Below are positions 25,221-39,343 of a DNA stretch of 64,000 nt, piece after piece. The stretch's first letter is position 1; each line of letters begins with the position of its first letter. The notes under the pieces are model-generated. The model was not told the origin of the DNA. It ran no database searches and saw nothing but the letters and a program-made list of their open reading frames with translations. The position numbers and the translations under genes are program-made. This stretch comes from Octopus sinensis. Taxonomy: Eukaryota. The DNA lies in contig NC_043005.1 in assembly GCF_006345805.1 (NCBI RefSeq), positions 61,070,001-61,134,000 of the forward strand, given 5' to 3'.

Positions 25221-26730
25221 CAAAAATATACAGTTGTTAATATTGAAATTCCAATGAAGGAGCCACTGATCTAGGTTAGAAACCGGCTCTTCCCCTTTTA
25301 GCGAGAAATCTTGAAATAACACTGAGCAATGGCATACATACAGGCGTACGCGTACGTGTGCCTGTGTGTGTGTAATGATTAGTTAGATATAGCGGACAAA
25401 TTACTTTCGGGTCCCGCTCTAACACCTACACAATGATTACGCACTCCGACACATGTTTCGCTATAAACTCATCCTAAAATGAAGAGAGTCACAAATAGTA
25501 TAACGTTTAGTCATAGCCAACGGTTTATAGGTTTTCCAGATCAGGGGTAATCTAACGCTAAATAACCAATCAATCAAACGCGCGGGATGCCGCTTTCTCG
25601 AACTCTCTAAGTATGCTAAATATTTACCGGGCCATGTTACCAAACATTAGTAAGAAATTTTTGTATAAATTTCAACACATTTCAGATCACGAAGCTATTG
25701 ATATTCACCAAACTATTTTACACCCCAGTAGTTTTAACTGTGGTCATCGTTATTACTGTTGTTGTACCTGCTGTTTTTTCTTGTTTAGCCCCAGGCCAAT
25801 ATTTATATAGTAGATATACGTTCAAAGCCATTTCAAATAAAACATTCCTGCCTCTAGATTTCTCAAGGAATTCATTATCTAATGTATCCGCCTCCTCTTC
25901 AATACCGCGAGGGTTGATTTAAAGGAGGTCTGCCTATTGTATTTGCAAATCGATTGGTTGTTTACAGGTAAGAATTCTTTTCAAGAAGTGGAAACATACA
26001 CATTATAATTGCGTGATATTTTCGTTAACTTCTAACAATATAATCAAATTCTCACACTTATGCTACGACCCCAGAGACGAATGTCTTATATGCTACGCAA
26101 ACTATTTGTGGAAAATTAAATAAATGCAGTAGAAATTTGAGATGTTGCTCTGTTGACGACCTAATATTTCATACATTTTATTATTAATGTGCACACACAC
26201 ACGTATATATATATATAAATATAACTTCATAAGTTTACCTCAGTGAGTATAAATAAACATATATACTACATGTCTGGAATTTACATTGAATAAACTACAG
26301 CGTTACATAATTTGCTTATTGACTTACATTAATAATCCTATAAATTGTACATTCAAATTGTTTATGGCAGTTTATGTTCTCGAAATGTGTCACTATTCTT
26401 TGAAAGTCCACTATATTAACATATCCTATAGTTCACAATTGTGCCAAAATAAATCATGCGTAGATCAGTAATTTAAATGATTAAACTGTTATTAATACTC
26501 TTCTGATTTGAAATCAATAATATACACCTAACTCTAACTACTGTAACGAATATTACTTTGAATGCATATTTACAATACACACGGGAATTCTCATAACGGT
26601 TAATCACATAAGCCACACTCATAATCTATACTTAAGTATGCATGTATACATTTACGTCTGGCTGTCTAGATATATCAAGGTAGCTATATGGCAGGCTATA
26701 TAATTACGTAATTGCATGTGTTTCTGTGTA

Positions 26731-27113
26731 TCTCTTATATAAAATCTGTTCTGTCTGTCTGTCTGTGTGTGTGTGTGTGTGGCTTCTAGGATCTCGAGCA
26801 TCCTCCATTCGATTGCGCTCAAATTCGATATGTAGATACCAACGGTATCAGGGCTTGTATAAGTCTTGAAAAAATTACAAAAATCGATTCCAGGTGAGAA
26901 TGCGATCGATAAAGCCGTGAGAAATCGTTTTTCTTTGGAATAGAAAAGAAGTCTATCTTTATTTCTTCTTTTGCTGGTGTCTCAAATTTAGGTTAAATCA
27001 GTGTTTCTCAAAGAAGAGGCCTATGGGACGGTGGGACAAGTTATTTTGAGAAAATTTGGTTTAAATGTTTGACAACTCAGCACCGTCCATTGGACGCGGA
27101 GGCGTTTTGCTCG
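26731..27113 (+). mobile_element. Second non-autonomous Helitron-like element, degenerate 3' end
   Basis: a|tctcttatataaaa followed by (CTGT)n(GT)n at the 5' end, hairpin ccgtccattggacgcgg at 27083-27099, then CTCG|T in place of CTAG|T. Confidence 0.55.
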
Positions 27114-27333
27114 TAAATACATATTTATTAAGTTGTGTGTATGTACAGATTTATTAAGCTGTATGTATGTGCACCCCTGTGCGTGCATATAAGCGCACGT
27201 GTATGTGTGTGTGCGTTCGCGTATATGTGCGTGTGTGTTTGTGTGTGTGCGATTTCATCATGTTAACACGTTAATCACAGCACATATTTTCTCTCTGCGC
27301 TTATCCGTTCTCTCTCTATTTTTCCTCTTGTCT

Positions 27334-27369
27334 CTTTCTGACTACGAGCTTAGTCTCGAAACGTCAAAG
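27334..27369 (+). ncRNA. Degenerate minimal hammerhead core, probably inactive
   Basis: cttt-CTGACTA-c-gag-cttagt-ctc-GAAA-CG-TC-aaag. G8 of the CUGANGA box is mutated. Confidence 0.45.
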
Positions 27370-27613
27370 TCTTCTCCGTTCTTCTCGAGCGTCAAACTAA
27401 TGCATCTGCTTGTTCCTTGAATCTCAGAATGTGTTGACGGTAGTTGCTTTTAAATTTTACAATATATTTATTACAATATTGTTTTTGCTGACCTAGGAAT
27501 AGCATGACGAGTTTATTGTTCACAGGAATATTTTTCCTAACATGCTGGTATTAATTCTTATGACTATTTTGACTTCTACTTTTAGCGATGCAGTTGCTCA
27601 CGTAGTACACTTG

Positions 27614-27677
<64 letters not shown>

Positions 27678-28043
27678 TGTATGTATGTATGTGTATATAT
27701 ATATGTGTGTGTGTGTATTTATATTCATACAAGAATAAAAACAAATGAGAACGTTTCTGAAGAGCTACAAAAAAGCTACAATGAGATATTTAAGAGTTAA
27801 TCCATGTGGACACAAAAATTAGCGCGAGCATGCGCGTATCCCTAGAAATATTATTATATAGATATTAACAGGCATACGTATTTTCGATGTCTGCTGAGAA
27901 GCAATCATCATATTAACACGTAATTCCTCTTGTGATTACATTTGACTTTTGTTGCGCCTTTCCAAAAATATTATTTTTCCTTTATTCTCCTTCCTTTCTT
28001 CTTAGTCTCTCCCCACTCTCTCTCTCTCTCTTTCTCTCTCCCC

Positions 28044-28097
<54 letters not shown>

Positions 28098-28471
28098 TAT
28101 TCCTACTACTACTAAAATGTTCTTTCCAAAATCATTACTAAATTAGTAATGTCTGGCTTTATTGTTTATTCTTCATGTATTTTGCATAAAGTAAACTTAT
28201 AATACATTTCATCTCTACCTTTTTCTGCATTTGGTGTATTTTGTATAATCGACAGAAATGCGTTTTAAGACACATATATACGCGCCCTTGCATGCATACA
28301 TGCATATAAACATACATATATGTATATATATTTATATATATATATATATTATATATATATATTATGTATGTATACATATACGTGCATGTACATATGTGTG
28401 TATATACATATATATATTTATATACATACATATGTATGTATGTATTCATACGTACACTCACACACACATAT

Positions 28472-28505
<34 letters not shown>

Positions 28506-31500
28506 CATAAAGAGAGAGAGAGAGAGATACATATATGTATGTGTGTGCATCAGTGTCGCTTTACTGTAACACAGGAAAGAGGCAGGTAGAGTAAGTGTTT
28601 CAACGAAATGCTATGGTTGTGAAAAATATCTGCAAAGATAATGTTAATGAATGTTAAACAAATATTTCGTCTTGTTGCTTCCCATGTTTACTGTTAGAAA
28701 TACTATTCAAAGGTATTATTTATTTAAACTAATTGGATTAGTCTGCGAAGCCTATACTTATTGGATTATGGTGGCAAACTATGGAATGACATCGTACATA
28801 TTAGTATAATTTTTACTCTCTTGACTCTCAATTTATAAAATTTATAAAAAGTTTTTCGGCAAAATTAATCTTAGTTTCTTTTTGGTTATCAACTATTTAT
28901 GTGATGGGTTTAATCTGATACGGATGTTTACTACAAGATTCTTTACATGTAAATATTGATGACTAAATTGTGCGATTTTTCTTGCCTTCTACGGAACCAA
29001 GAATGATAATGAAATAAACATTGCAAACTAACTAAATGGTAACCTATGATGCAGTTCCCTGGCACAAGCAAAACAACATCTATTGCATTTCACTATGTTT
29101 GTATTTGTGTTGTATTTGCTTGCTTTCGTTATTTATTTTACATAAATGGTAACGTCAGACTATGCGAAAAATGTTACCTCTTTCTGTACCGACATACACT
29201 GATATTTTAGTTAAGTACAATCTCACAAACATTGCACCATAGATACCATGCTTCACGGTAGAATCAGTTTTTAGCTGAATCTGTGCAACACGGAAAAATA
29301 ATTGTTCGATAATTGTCTGCATTTCAGTATGCTCATGTACAGAGCGAACGCATGAATGACAGATCCATTGCTCACTGCGAATCTCATACAACCTGAATGG
29401 CAGCATTATATGCTTGAGAGTGATATACTTTCATGGAAAGAGCAAACAATATCCATTGAAATATTACGTCAAGTGTTGTCTTTTATATTGCAATAATATT
29501 TATCTGAGCTCGATCGGTCGAATACCATAATTATTTGTTTGGATATAATATCGAATAATCTTAAAGTTGAGATATTCACTTGAATTCGTGAATTACTGCT
29601 GATATTTTCACTTGGGCATGAAATTAGAATAAAAATGAAACAATTAGAAAGAAGAAGCGATTCTCAGATATATTTGTAGAAGTTAATCATTGTAAACAAA
29701 CCCTTCTTCGATGCCAATAGTTTTAACCGTTAAAGGTATCACAAGCCATTCTTTGTTTACATGGGTAGTATATCTATTAGAAGTGGCATTCAAACTTCTT
29801 TAAAAGCCACATCCCACCCTCTTAGATAAGAAGGAAACATTACATGAACTTATCTGTGTATGTTTGTGTCTGGGAAAATTATATGATAGTCACGGTTTTA
29901 GAACATTTTTTAACATACTATTAGTCATTTGACGTTGACATGAAGCTAAATATCATTAGCAACTCTAAAAAGTCAAAGAAACGCGTCTGTCAGGTAATCA
30001 CAACTTCACTACTTTCTTTAAAGACATACTTTCTTTATTAGACATCAAAGACATCAAAGCTTGTTTACTAACTTGCACACGACCTATGAAACCAGAATGC
30101 AAAACTAAATTTGAAGCAATAGCATAATGGTTTATATAATGTCTTTCTTTTTTTAATTAGAAAATTTTAAACCATTTATTCAATATAAGATATATTTATT
30201 TCTTATATCTTTTGTTTTATTATTCCGTAATAACAATGAAAATATGCTGACCATGAATGAAATATTCGCTTCTAATATAGTTACGAGGCCAGTAATATTA
30301 AAGGAGGACACATATTTATTACTATCGACCCACGTTTTTAACTGGTAAATCCTTTCATAGATGAAAGAAAGAAAGGAGAATTTGACCCAATGAGATTTGA
30401 ACATAAAATATAATGAAACGAAACACATATAAGAATGCCTTTTTACCGAAGCTCTAACAATTCTCTCAGCTCATCGCCTTTAGAAAACAGGCGATAATAA
30501 TGATTCATTTTAATTGGGGTTTTTTGTGGGGAGTGTTTTTATTTTTTTCTTGTTTTGTTTTTGCTGTTGATGAGGTTGATGATCATCCTCATCCTTATCA
30601 TCATTACCACCATCGTCATCGTTATGTGGCTTAGCCCTAAGTCGGCTCTGTTTCGGTGGCTAACCAGTCATAATATAATGTCTCCTTTACCTGAAAATAA
30701 CGGAGTATATTATCCAAATCGCCTTCAGTTCTTGAGATGTTAATATTTTATGTAAGAGGCGTATGTTTCTATTTCTTGTTGGTCTGATGACTAGACGATC
30801 ACGCCTTGATAGTGTTAAAGACACGGCAAATATATCTGCTCCTTTCTAACATTTCGTGACGTGCTCAGTCGTTGGCTGTAAGGGAGACTCTGAATCGCAT
30901 ATCACACTTAGTATCATAGAGACTACTGGAAACTGCGTACGTATGTATAAATACGAATGTACGTACACACACACACACACACACAGAGATATATGTGTGG
31001 TGGGGTATAAGTGTGTGTGCGTGTGTGTGTGTGTGTGTGTACCATGGTGGACGCTAAGAGATACACACATTTTAGAAGAAAGAAGCAGCGCGTATGTCGA
31101 GTGATGATCGTAGCTGTTTAGTTAATATATGTATAAGTAAGGCCGAATTTTTGCCTGGCAATCCATCAGTTTCCAGATCGTTAGTGTAAAGAAAGAAACG
31201 TTAGTCCTCTGTTTCTGAACTGTATAATTAATCTCTCTCTTTCTGTTCCTCCTTTCAAACACACAAACACACATATACACACACACTTTCTCCCTCTCTG
31301 TCTCACTCTCTAACACACCCTTTATTTCTTCTCTCTTGTGTACAAAAGGATCTCTCTTTTGCGCTTAAATCAATAAAAACCACAACACATTAGAAATATT
31401 AATATAACTATTACGTTGTGTTATTTTATAGAGCATAAACTAATCAAGATAATGCTAAAATCCCTCTTTCTGAACTGTAACATATTACATATGCAGATCA

Positions 31501-32107
31501 ATCGCTAATTTGTAATTATACGAACGTATTCTAGATTCAGATGTCGTTTCATCTACACAAAACCAAAATAGGGTTCTTTTAGATTTAATGTTTTAATACG
31601 ATTTTGTTGACAATCATACGCCTAACTTGTAATCTCTGATAGATGTTCTTACTTGGTTTGTCTTAATTATTTTACGTACTTAAGCAATCGATAATGCTTG
31701 AATCACATACATTTAACATGATGTGAGTCATGCTTTATCGATTCCATCATTATTTTTTTATTGTAATAGACGCTAATCAGTAGATTTACAGAGAGGGGGA
31801 ATTTACTATTGTGTGAGGCCGCTGATTTTTCACAGATACTAGAGACAAGAGTTAAGTATACTGGCAACAACAATGAGCTGAATCAGCATTTTAAACTCTG
31901 TTCAAATAGAGCTAATATCATCGTAATACGGAGATCACTACTTTAACTTTCTGTGGGATTTTAGAATCAAAGCAGAGAAACTAGAAATACTTTTGCAGAT
32001 GCTGACTGTTTTGCTAATGTTTCTAATTTCAAGAAAGATTTCCTGCTGCCGATGTTTGGTATTAAGTCTGGAAAACGAAGCAACGTCTTGAAAATTCGAA
32101 GATAGGT

Positions 32108-32250
32108 GTGCCGGAGAATTGACTGAGTTGTTACACCATCAGATGGAATACCTTACAACATTTATTCCGACTCTATCTGCCCTGCGTTCAAATTCTGTTG
32201 ATGTCAAATTTGCCTTTTATCTTTCGGCGTTGACAACACAAAGTATCAAT
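32108..32250 (+). mobile_element. SINE family A, highly decayed
   Basis: tgcgttcaaattctgttgatgtcaaatttgccttttatctttcggcgttgacaac. Confidence 0.55.
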
Positions 32251-34578
32251 AACAGGCTGTAAATTGGCGACATGATCATGTAGGAACATCAAACCAAAGG
32301 CCTTTCAGCATTTGTTCTGATTCTTTACGTTTTAATGCATAGCTCTCTTTAGCCGTAGACTGAATCTGTCGACCGGTTTAACACCATCACTTGACACGTT
32401 GAGGAACTGTAGCGTTGAGTAACAATTTTGTTGTTTTCATTTGGGACAGGTTAGGGGTTTGAAGATGCTTTTTTTCCCTCCACCCACCAATCTGGAAAGC
32501 CCTATGAAATGTTGCGGGCGTAGTCTTCCTTCCGGGCTATAGGATACAAAATTGTTGCTTTAAAAGATATTTAAATTCAATTTTTGTAATGATGTCGATA
32601 GGGAGAATGTGCAAATTGAAGGTATTCGGTGTGTTGCACTTCTGTACAAAAAGAAATTGGGGAAAATAATTTTCACGCTAATTAAATGTCCTGAGGTCCC
32701 CACCACACGGTACAAAGCCGATTTAAACAAATGTAGGATTGATTGAATTGGTAGAATGACAGAAAAAATTGACTAATATTCTTTAGGACCGATGATGAGC
32801 GATGGAATAGTAAAATATTTTAAAGCGTCAGCAAAAACAATCTTTGTGGTGTTTCTGGAATCTCTTTTAGATCTGAGTGCAAATCCAATCGAAACCAAAT
32901 TTCCCTTTCATTCCTCTAAGGTCAATAAAATAAAATAATGTTCAAGTACTGATTGATGGTATCGATTAAATCTTTCACCTCAGATTTACTAAACTGTTAA
33001 CTAAATTCAAACAATTATTGAGTACTCGATATGTTCCCAGTTTATATCAACTTTGTCTTTCCATAAGCTACCAGTCGAACCCTGTAGTCGATTGAAATGG
33101 GTAACCTCTTTTGCACAAATATATTACCGTGTGTAAGTATTCCAAATTTGTTATAACGAACAACCATTTCAAAACACTGACTATATCTAAAAAAGTATTT
33201 TTACCTCTATCGGTAAAATGGCAGACTCGATAGACCGTCGGCATAAATCATTAGTTCAAATCTCTCCAAGATCAGTAAGATCAGTTGTCGTATCATAAAG
33301 TCGTGTACTGGTGTTCGTGTCTTTTCCACGCGCCCGTTAAAACGATATGCAGTAAAACTCGAAATGCTGGCTCTAACTGCTTAACTTCTAGAGAAAGAAT
33401 GAGGGAACCTAATCGAATTTGAAAATTTGAAAGATAAATTCTTTTATAACAATATATTTCACCTCCCTATCCTTCAGCTTGGGAATTCATTAGGTAGAGA
33501 GCATAGACATCAAGTTGATAATTAATATCAAATAACAATCTGTCCGTACTTTCATAAGATACATTTCCGTAACAAAGTTGAATTATTTTGTTAGCCGCAG
33601 TATCTTTGTGAAAACAATATCTATTCTTGTAAAAGCTGTATCTGCTACGAAAGTGAGAAAACTAAAATTACAATAAATCACCCGGGAATGATTCAGATAT
33701 TTGCAAGATATAGCTGCAAACATCTTTGTGGAACAGCGAAGGGGGAATATTGGTTAAAAAATTACACTTATATATTTGAGTCTGAATTGTCTATAAATAA
33801 TTATCATAGCACTCACGTTGCCTGTTCTTGTGTTCATTTTTTCAAGTAATACAAAATTGTGGTATCAATTTTGAGTTCTCATTTTAATCTCATATCTCGG
33901 AATTATGTAATTGTTTTTTTATTGCATACACATTGTTGCGTGCATAAAATGCTGCGCAATTGTTTGATATAGCCAACTTACAGTTAATCATTTAGAAAGG
34001 TGGTTACTTTTTACCACTATGTTTAACAACATTTGAGAGGCACATAATCAAAGCCATTGCAGCCTTGACCACCTCGTGTTTCAAGAGGCATGAACATTTG
34101 AGACAGGCTCATTTTCCTCACTTATCGGACAGAAACTATTATTTGTAAATTCAATTCGATTGAAATTGGATTTGACCAACAATTGCCTGGATTTCAGAGA
34201 CGTGTTATATAATTAATTCTAGAACAGTTAAAATTCGTTATTTTGCTCAGAAGATAGAAATCAATAATTCCTACGCCTCACAATAAACTTATTCTAAACG
34301 GTTCGATAAAAATAGTCTATACCTATTTAGAGCAACGTAAACATGCCAAGAGATAATGTTCATGTATAGTCTTTTCATTCTATTTCTGAAATGCATTCTA
34401 TGCTACCTTTCTATTTTAATTGATGGAGAGAAATTTTGTTAACGATCATTTAAGATTATATATGTATGGCTACATCCATTCTTACCTACTTATATACACA
34501 CAAACATATACATATACACGAATGTTTGTGTCTATATATATATACAGAGAGAGAAAAAAATTGCATTCATATATATAT

Positions 34579-34628
<50 letters not shown>

Positions 34629-36717
34629 ATATACATATATATATGTATGTAGGTATATGTGTGTGTATATGTATGTATGTATGTATGTATGTATATGTGT
34701 GTATGTATATGTATATATCACTGTATGTACGTATGTGTGTAATATCGTTCGCCTTAGAAGAAAGCTATCGTTTACAATGAAAATCCCTGCAATGCTTTAC
34801 CAGTTATGCTACATTAAAATCTATGACGTACTCATTTATTTATTGTATTTGTGACCCTATTGTTTCAACGATCTTACGTTACTTCGGTCTATGTGGATTT
34901 CATACATAGAGAATTGTACACGAGAGATATTTTCATGTATCTTGAATTTAGTTCTCTGAAAAGTAGCGTTTCACTGCTATTCTGTGCACTCATGCAGCAC
35001 AAAAACTACAAACTCTCTTCCATAAACAATTTCCTATAAATGCCACCGTTAACATTACTAAGCAGATTTCTATTCAGACCTTTGTTCGAGAGTTATTTTC
35101 TTAGCAAATTAGATTCATTTCGTCACGCATTAACCATACGTGTTTATTAATGATTCGCAGGGAACATTTTGAATCTTTTTCACCAATGATCTGGAAACGC
35201 ATTTTATGTCCAAACAGTAATGTACGTTTGCCATTAGTATTCCTAAACTACTTCGTTACTGACTTTGTATCGTATCATATTTTCCTCTATAGTCCTGTTT
35301 ATTCCCAATACTAGAAGCTTCCTCTGCACAATCATTATGTCTGATTGTAAATTAAATATATTCTACTGAACATTTATAGCTGGAATCAAATATTACAAAT
35401 ACTTCTGTAACCCATTCACTTTGTATCGTATCACTTGTTTGAAGTGATGTTCTTTACGCTATGAACTCTGTAAAAGCTAAATAATTATCTTCACAATTTG
35501 ATGTACCACGGTATATAAAGCTATTCCAAACAATTCCAAGCAAGCATTTTGCTTAATACATATTCTGAACAACTTATCTAGTTATTCTCTTTATCATGTT
35601 AACATTATTATTATAATTTCTATATTGAGAAAGAACAGATACTCACATTCACATATGAAGCTTTAAAACGTTATATTTTACACGTTATTAGAATCGTGCT
35701 GTGTCTATTTCCTGCTTATTCTATTATAGTCGCAGGAAGGCTTTCAATATTTCTCAACACATTATACATGCATGACGCCAAAGAGAAAAAATAAGAAAGA
35801 AATTACTGATAAAATAGCTAAAATTATTGATGCCATCAGTGGTTTTCTGTTAAATATAATTTCTTCTTTGGCATTACATTGGCTTTTATGAGAAGGTTCT
35901 GGATTTCCATATTCGCTATGTTTAGTAATTGAAGCCTACAACTGAACTGCATGAAGCGTTTCCTTTATCTGGAAATAAAATATGGTGATCTTTTCACAAA
36001 TAGATTTTGTGCTAGTAGGTTATTTTATAAATATGGAATTCTGACCTTCGTTTGGCTTATTTGTATATAGGTAATAACTATTTAAGTAATTAGCCTACAA
36101 GCATTTATAAGTAAACAATATACGTATGTTGCTGCTCAGAAACATGTGGAATGTTGGGCTAGATAACTTACTCCGATACAGTTAATGATATTGTTATCAT
36201 ATCATCTGTTCAGTGTAGGGTTCCGCGGTTTGCTGAAAAGTTAATTGTCGCACAGGAATGTTTGATTTCACTACTGAATGCTGTCAAATTATTCAATAGC
36301 ACATTGCAAATCTAGACTGGTTTATTTTAATTTTTCGTGTTTTCGCCAAGATTTCATCAATATGCAAGTTTTGCTGCCATAAATTGGGACAGGGATTAAC
36401 ATTGCGCCAGTGTACGGTCACAAATTAATAAATGTACTACATGTTACATGACATGCTATCCATACATAATATGGTTTTGTCTTGGAGCGTAACATACAAG
36501 CTATATGTTAGTTCAAACAAAATTTGCCAATATTTTATCTAATTACCACTGATCTTTACTTGTTGTTCAACACGATAAAAGTAACTTAAAATTTTAATGT
36601 GTAACCATATTAAGAAGTAATCTTTTTGCGTGAATATTATACTGAGTGCTATGACAAACAAACTTTACATCATCAGTGAGAATCTTACAAATATTAATAG
36701 TAAACTGATGCAAGACA

Positions 36718-36925
36718 TCAAGCTGTCAGAATAGTAGGCATGTGGGTGCAAATACTTAGTGGCATTTCATTTGTCTCTACGTTCTGAGTTCAAATTCAGC
36801 CGAGGTCGACTTTGCCTTTCATCCCTTAGTGGTCGATAAAATAAGTAGTAGTTGAGTACTGGGGTCGATGTAAGTGACTTGCCCACTTCCCCGAAGATTC
36901 TGACGTTGTTCCAAAATTTGAAATG
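36718..36925 (+). mobile_element. SINE family A
   Basis: gttctgagttcaaattcagccgaggtcgactttgcctttcatcc...ggtcgataaaataagta...ctggggtcgatgtaa. Confidence 0.88.
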
Positions 36926-39286
36926 AATATTGCATCGTAGCTTGTAAAACCTGACATTCAGTTTATCTCACCAACCAAGCATTATGTATACAATATATTT
37001 TAAATGCTGCTGAATCATAATACTAACGCTATAGTAGAGTAGAAAGCTGTTCGAAAGCTATAATATAGATGCAAATAGTGGATCATTACGAAAAATGAAT
37101 ATTGAGGTCAGACAATATATAATACATTTGTATGTTTTAAAACTATAAAAATGGATGAATGTACGAGAAAGTCGATTTTCATTTTTACTGGATCAGTAAA
37201 TCAGAAAAAACATTAGCGACTGTTTAAAAGGTAAGTAGTATAGATTGATAATTTTCAATTATTCGCTAGTGTTGTTGATGCTTAAGGCCTACTTTTAGAA
37301 GAATTCCAGCATGAACACCTTCCATATATACGGTCATCTATAAATGAATTTTCTTGCTCACTATTTCTCTTACTAAGATACTGCGGAACTCATATTATAG
37401 GAGGTACCTGTTATTTTAATCGAGACGAATGGCCTCTAAAATAACTCTCTAGTGATGCTAATAAAGATCCTCTGAACCATAATTTAAACACGTGTATACA
37501 GATTTTTAAACATTCATTTCTTCCGTTTATGTAATCATTTACAATTGAAATTACCTATAAAAAAGATAATTGTTCCTCTTTTAAATATTTATAGATTTGA
37601 ATAGGAAAATTTATATTTAATAAAGTCATAAACAAGAAAAAATGATTTAGTATATTAACATTTCAAAATAAGTTTCCAATTTTGATATTCAGTATTAATT
37701 GCCTTTTGATTGCATCATAGTGGGATTTCTTGCGATAGCTTAACTACGACGCTTAACAAAAAAGAGAGGCGATTAGGAACTGGCCAAATACATTTGCTGA
37801 AATAGACACTTCGAGTTATGAGTACTGAACTTAGAAGTTAAGTAAACGGCTGCTCGCCTTGCTGAAAGCTTTTCGGATGGAACTGATTTCCACTCTGACC
37901 GACCGGCAGAAAGCTACTAAAACTGAATTTACGCGTCGTTGTTTTCAACGATTCTTAATAAAGAACATCATTGACATTCTTAGCGGCGCTCAATAGATAT
38001 ACCACGTGTAGAACGTGTTGTGCTCTAGAAAACCGTCCGTTTATTCTATAATTCGACTCACTCGCATCCACTAAAATAGTAATGCCAATTTCCTGGTTTA
38101 AAGTTCGTTCTAAAAATAAAATCAAGGGAATCTTGAACATCAGTCTGAAGTACGCCTGCTTCAATATGCGAGATGATACTTGAATAGTTACGAGAATGAG
38201 GTAAAACAAATATTAAACGCTATTATATCGTTAGCCTTTACATTCTTCTTGGAGAAACTGAAACTAAGCATTTATGAAATTTACTGCATCTGACCTTCCG
38301 AATATGATGCCCCTTTATACATCATATCTACCACATAATCAACGGTTAAACTTCATTATGAGAGATTATATATATAACATGGAAACTTGGTGCCAAATAG
38401 GTTGTGTAGGCTGGCAGTAAGTATAAAATTTTCACCTCTTAACTACATGATTTTGCGTTCGACTCCAGTGTACTCTCGTTAGGTGAACTCTGTGAATTTC
38501 TAGGTGGAGTTAATATAGTACCTGATCTGACACATTATATTACTGTTGTATACTTTTACTGGTGTCCTATCCGCTGCAAGAATTCGAGCCACAGAATTAT
38601 TAATCGCTTCACCTATCACGCGCACATACACAAAACACTATTGTTTGTGCCACTGGAATTTTGTCCTCCGCTACCCAAAACAAATATCATAAAGCGCAAA
38701 CAGTCAGGCAGCGTGTCTAACACAGCAACTTCTACTCGCCGAATGCTGGGACATATTGAAAGCAGAAAGGTTTTTTAAGTCTCTTAACAAAGCAATAGTC
38801 TTTCATATCGAGGCTCCACCACCTGAGTATCGGCGAGATATCTGTTTGTGTACCTAAAGTTATCATTACGCTTTCCTACTGCCAACAGACTTAAAATACT
38901 TCGCGAATTAACACTTATACGAATCTTTCTGTCAAGAAATCATCCTCTGAAAAAGCTTTGGAATAAACCACATCTGCATCGATATCACTATTGACGAGTT
39001 TCGTTTTTTTCACTTTCCCGAAGAGAAGATTGCATTGTTTATACCATTTATTCTTTTGAATAGTATCAGTGGAATTTTCGAAACATGTGTAGAAAATAAA
39101 AATACTTGTTTAAACCTGCGTTAACTCCATTTTTTATTCATATTATTCAAAATATTCAACGTAAACACGAAGTTTCAACCTTTATAAACAAGGAGTTACA
39201 ACATCTTTACTTGTGAGACTTTTGCTGCCCTGGTAACTATTTATTTATTTTTCCGTGTTAATTATTAATAAGGTAAAAATACACTC

Positions 39287-39343
<57 letters not shown>

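Noticed and set aside
25698-25922. ORF with a hydrophobic start and LDFSRNSLS, LRR-like
   Set aside because: It is a single weak motif, with no further repeats and poor splice sites.
27000-27060. cagtgtttctcaaa resembling a hAT/Charlie terminal repeat
   Set aside because: There is no convincing partner end or 8-bp TSD, and it lies inside the Helitron-like element.
29155-29406. Minus-strand ORF ending ISVYVGTERGNIFRIV, reminiscent of a Sema-domain strand
   Set aside because: The resemblance covers about 12 residues only, and no compatible neighbouring exons were found.
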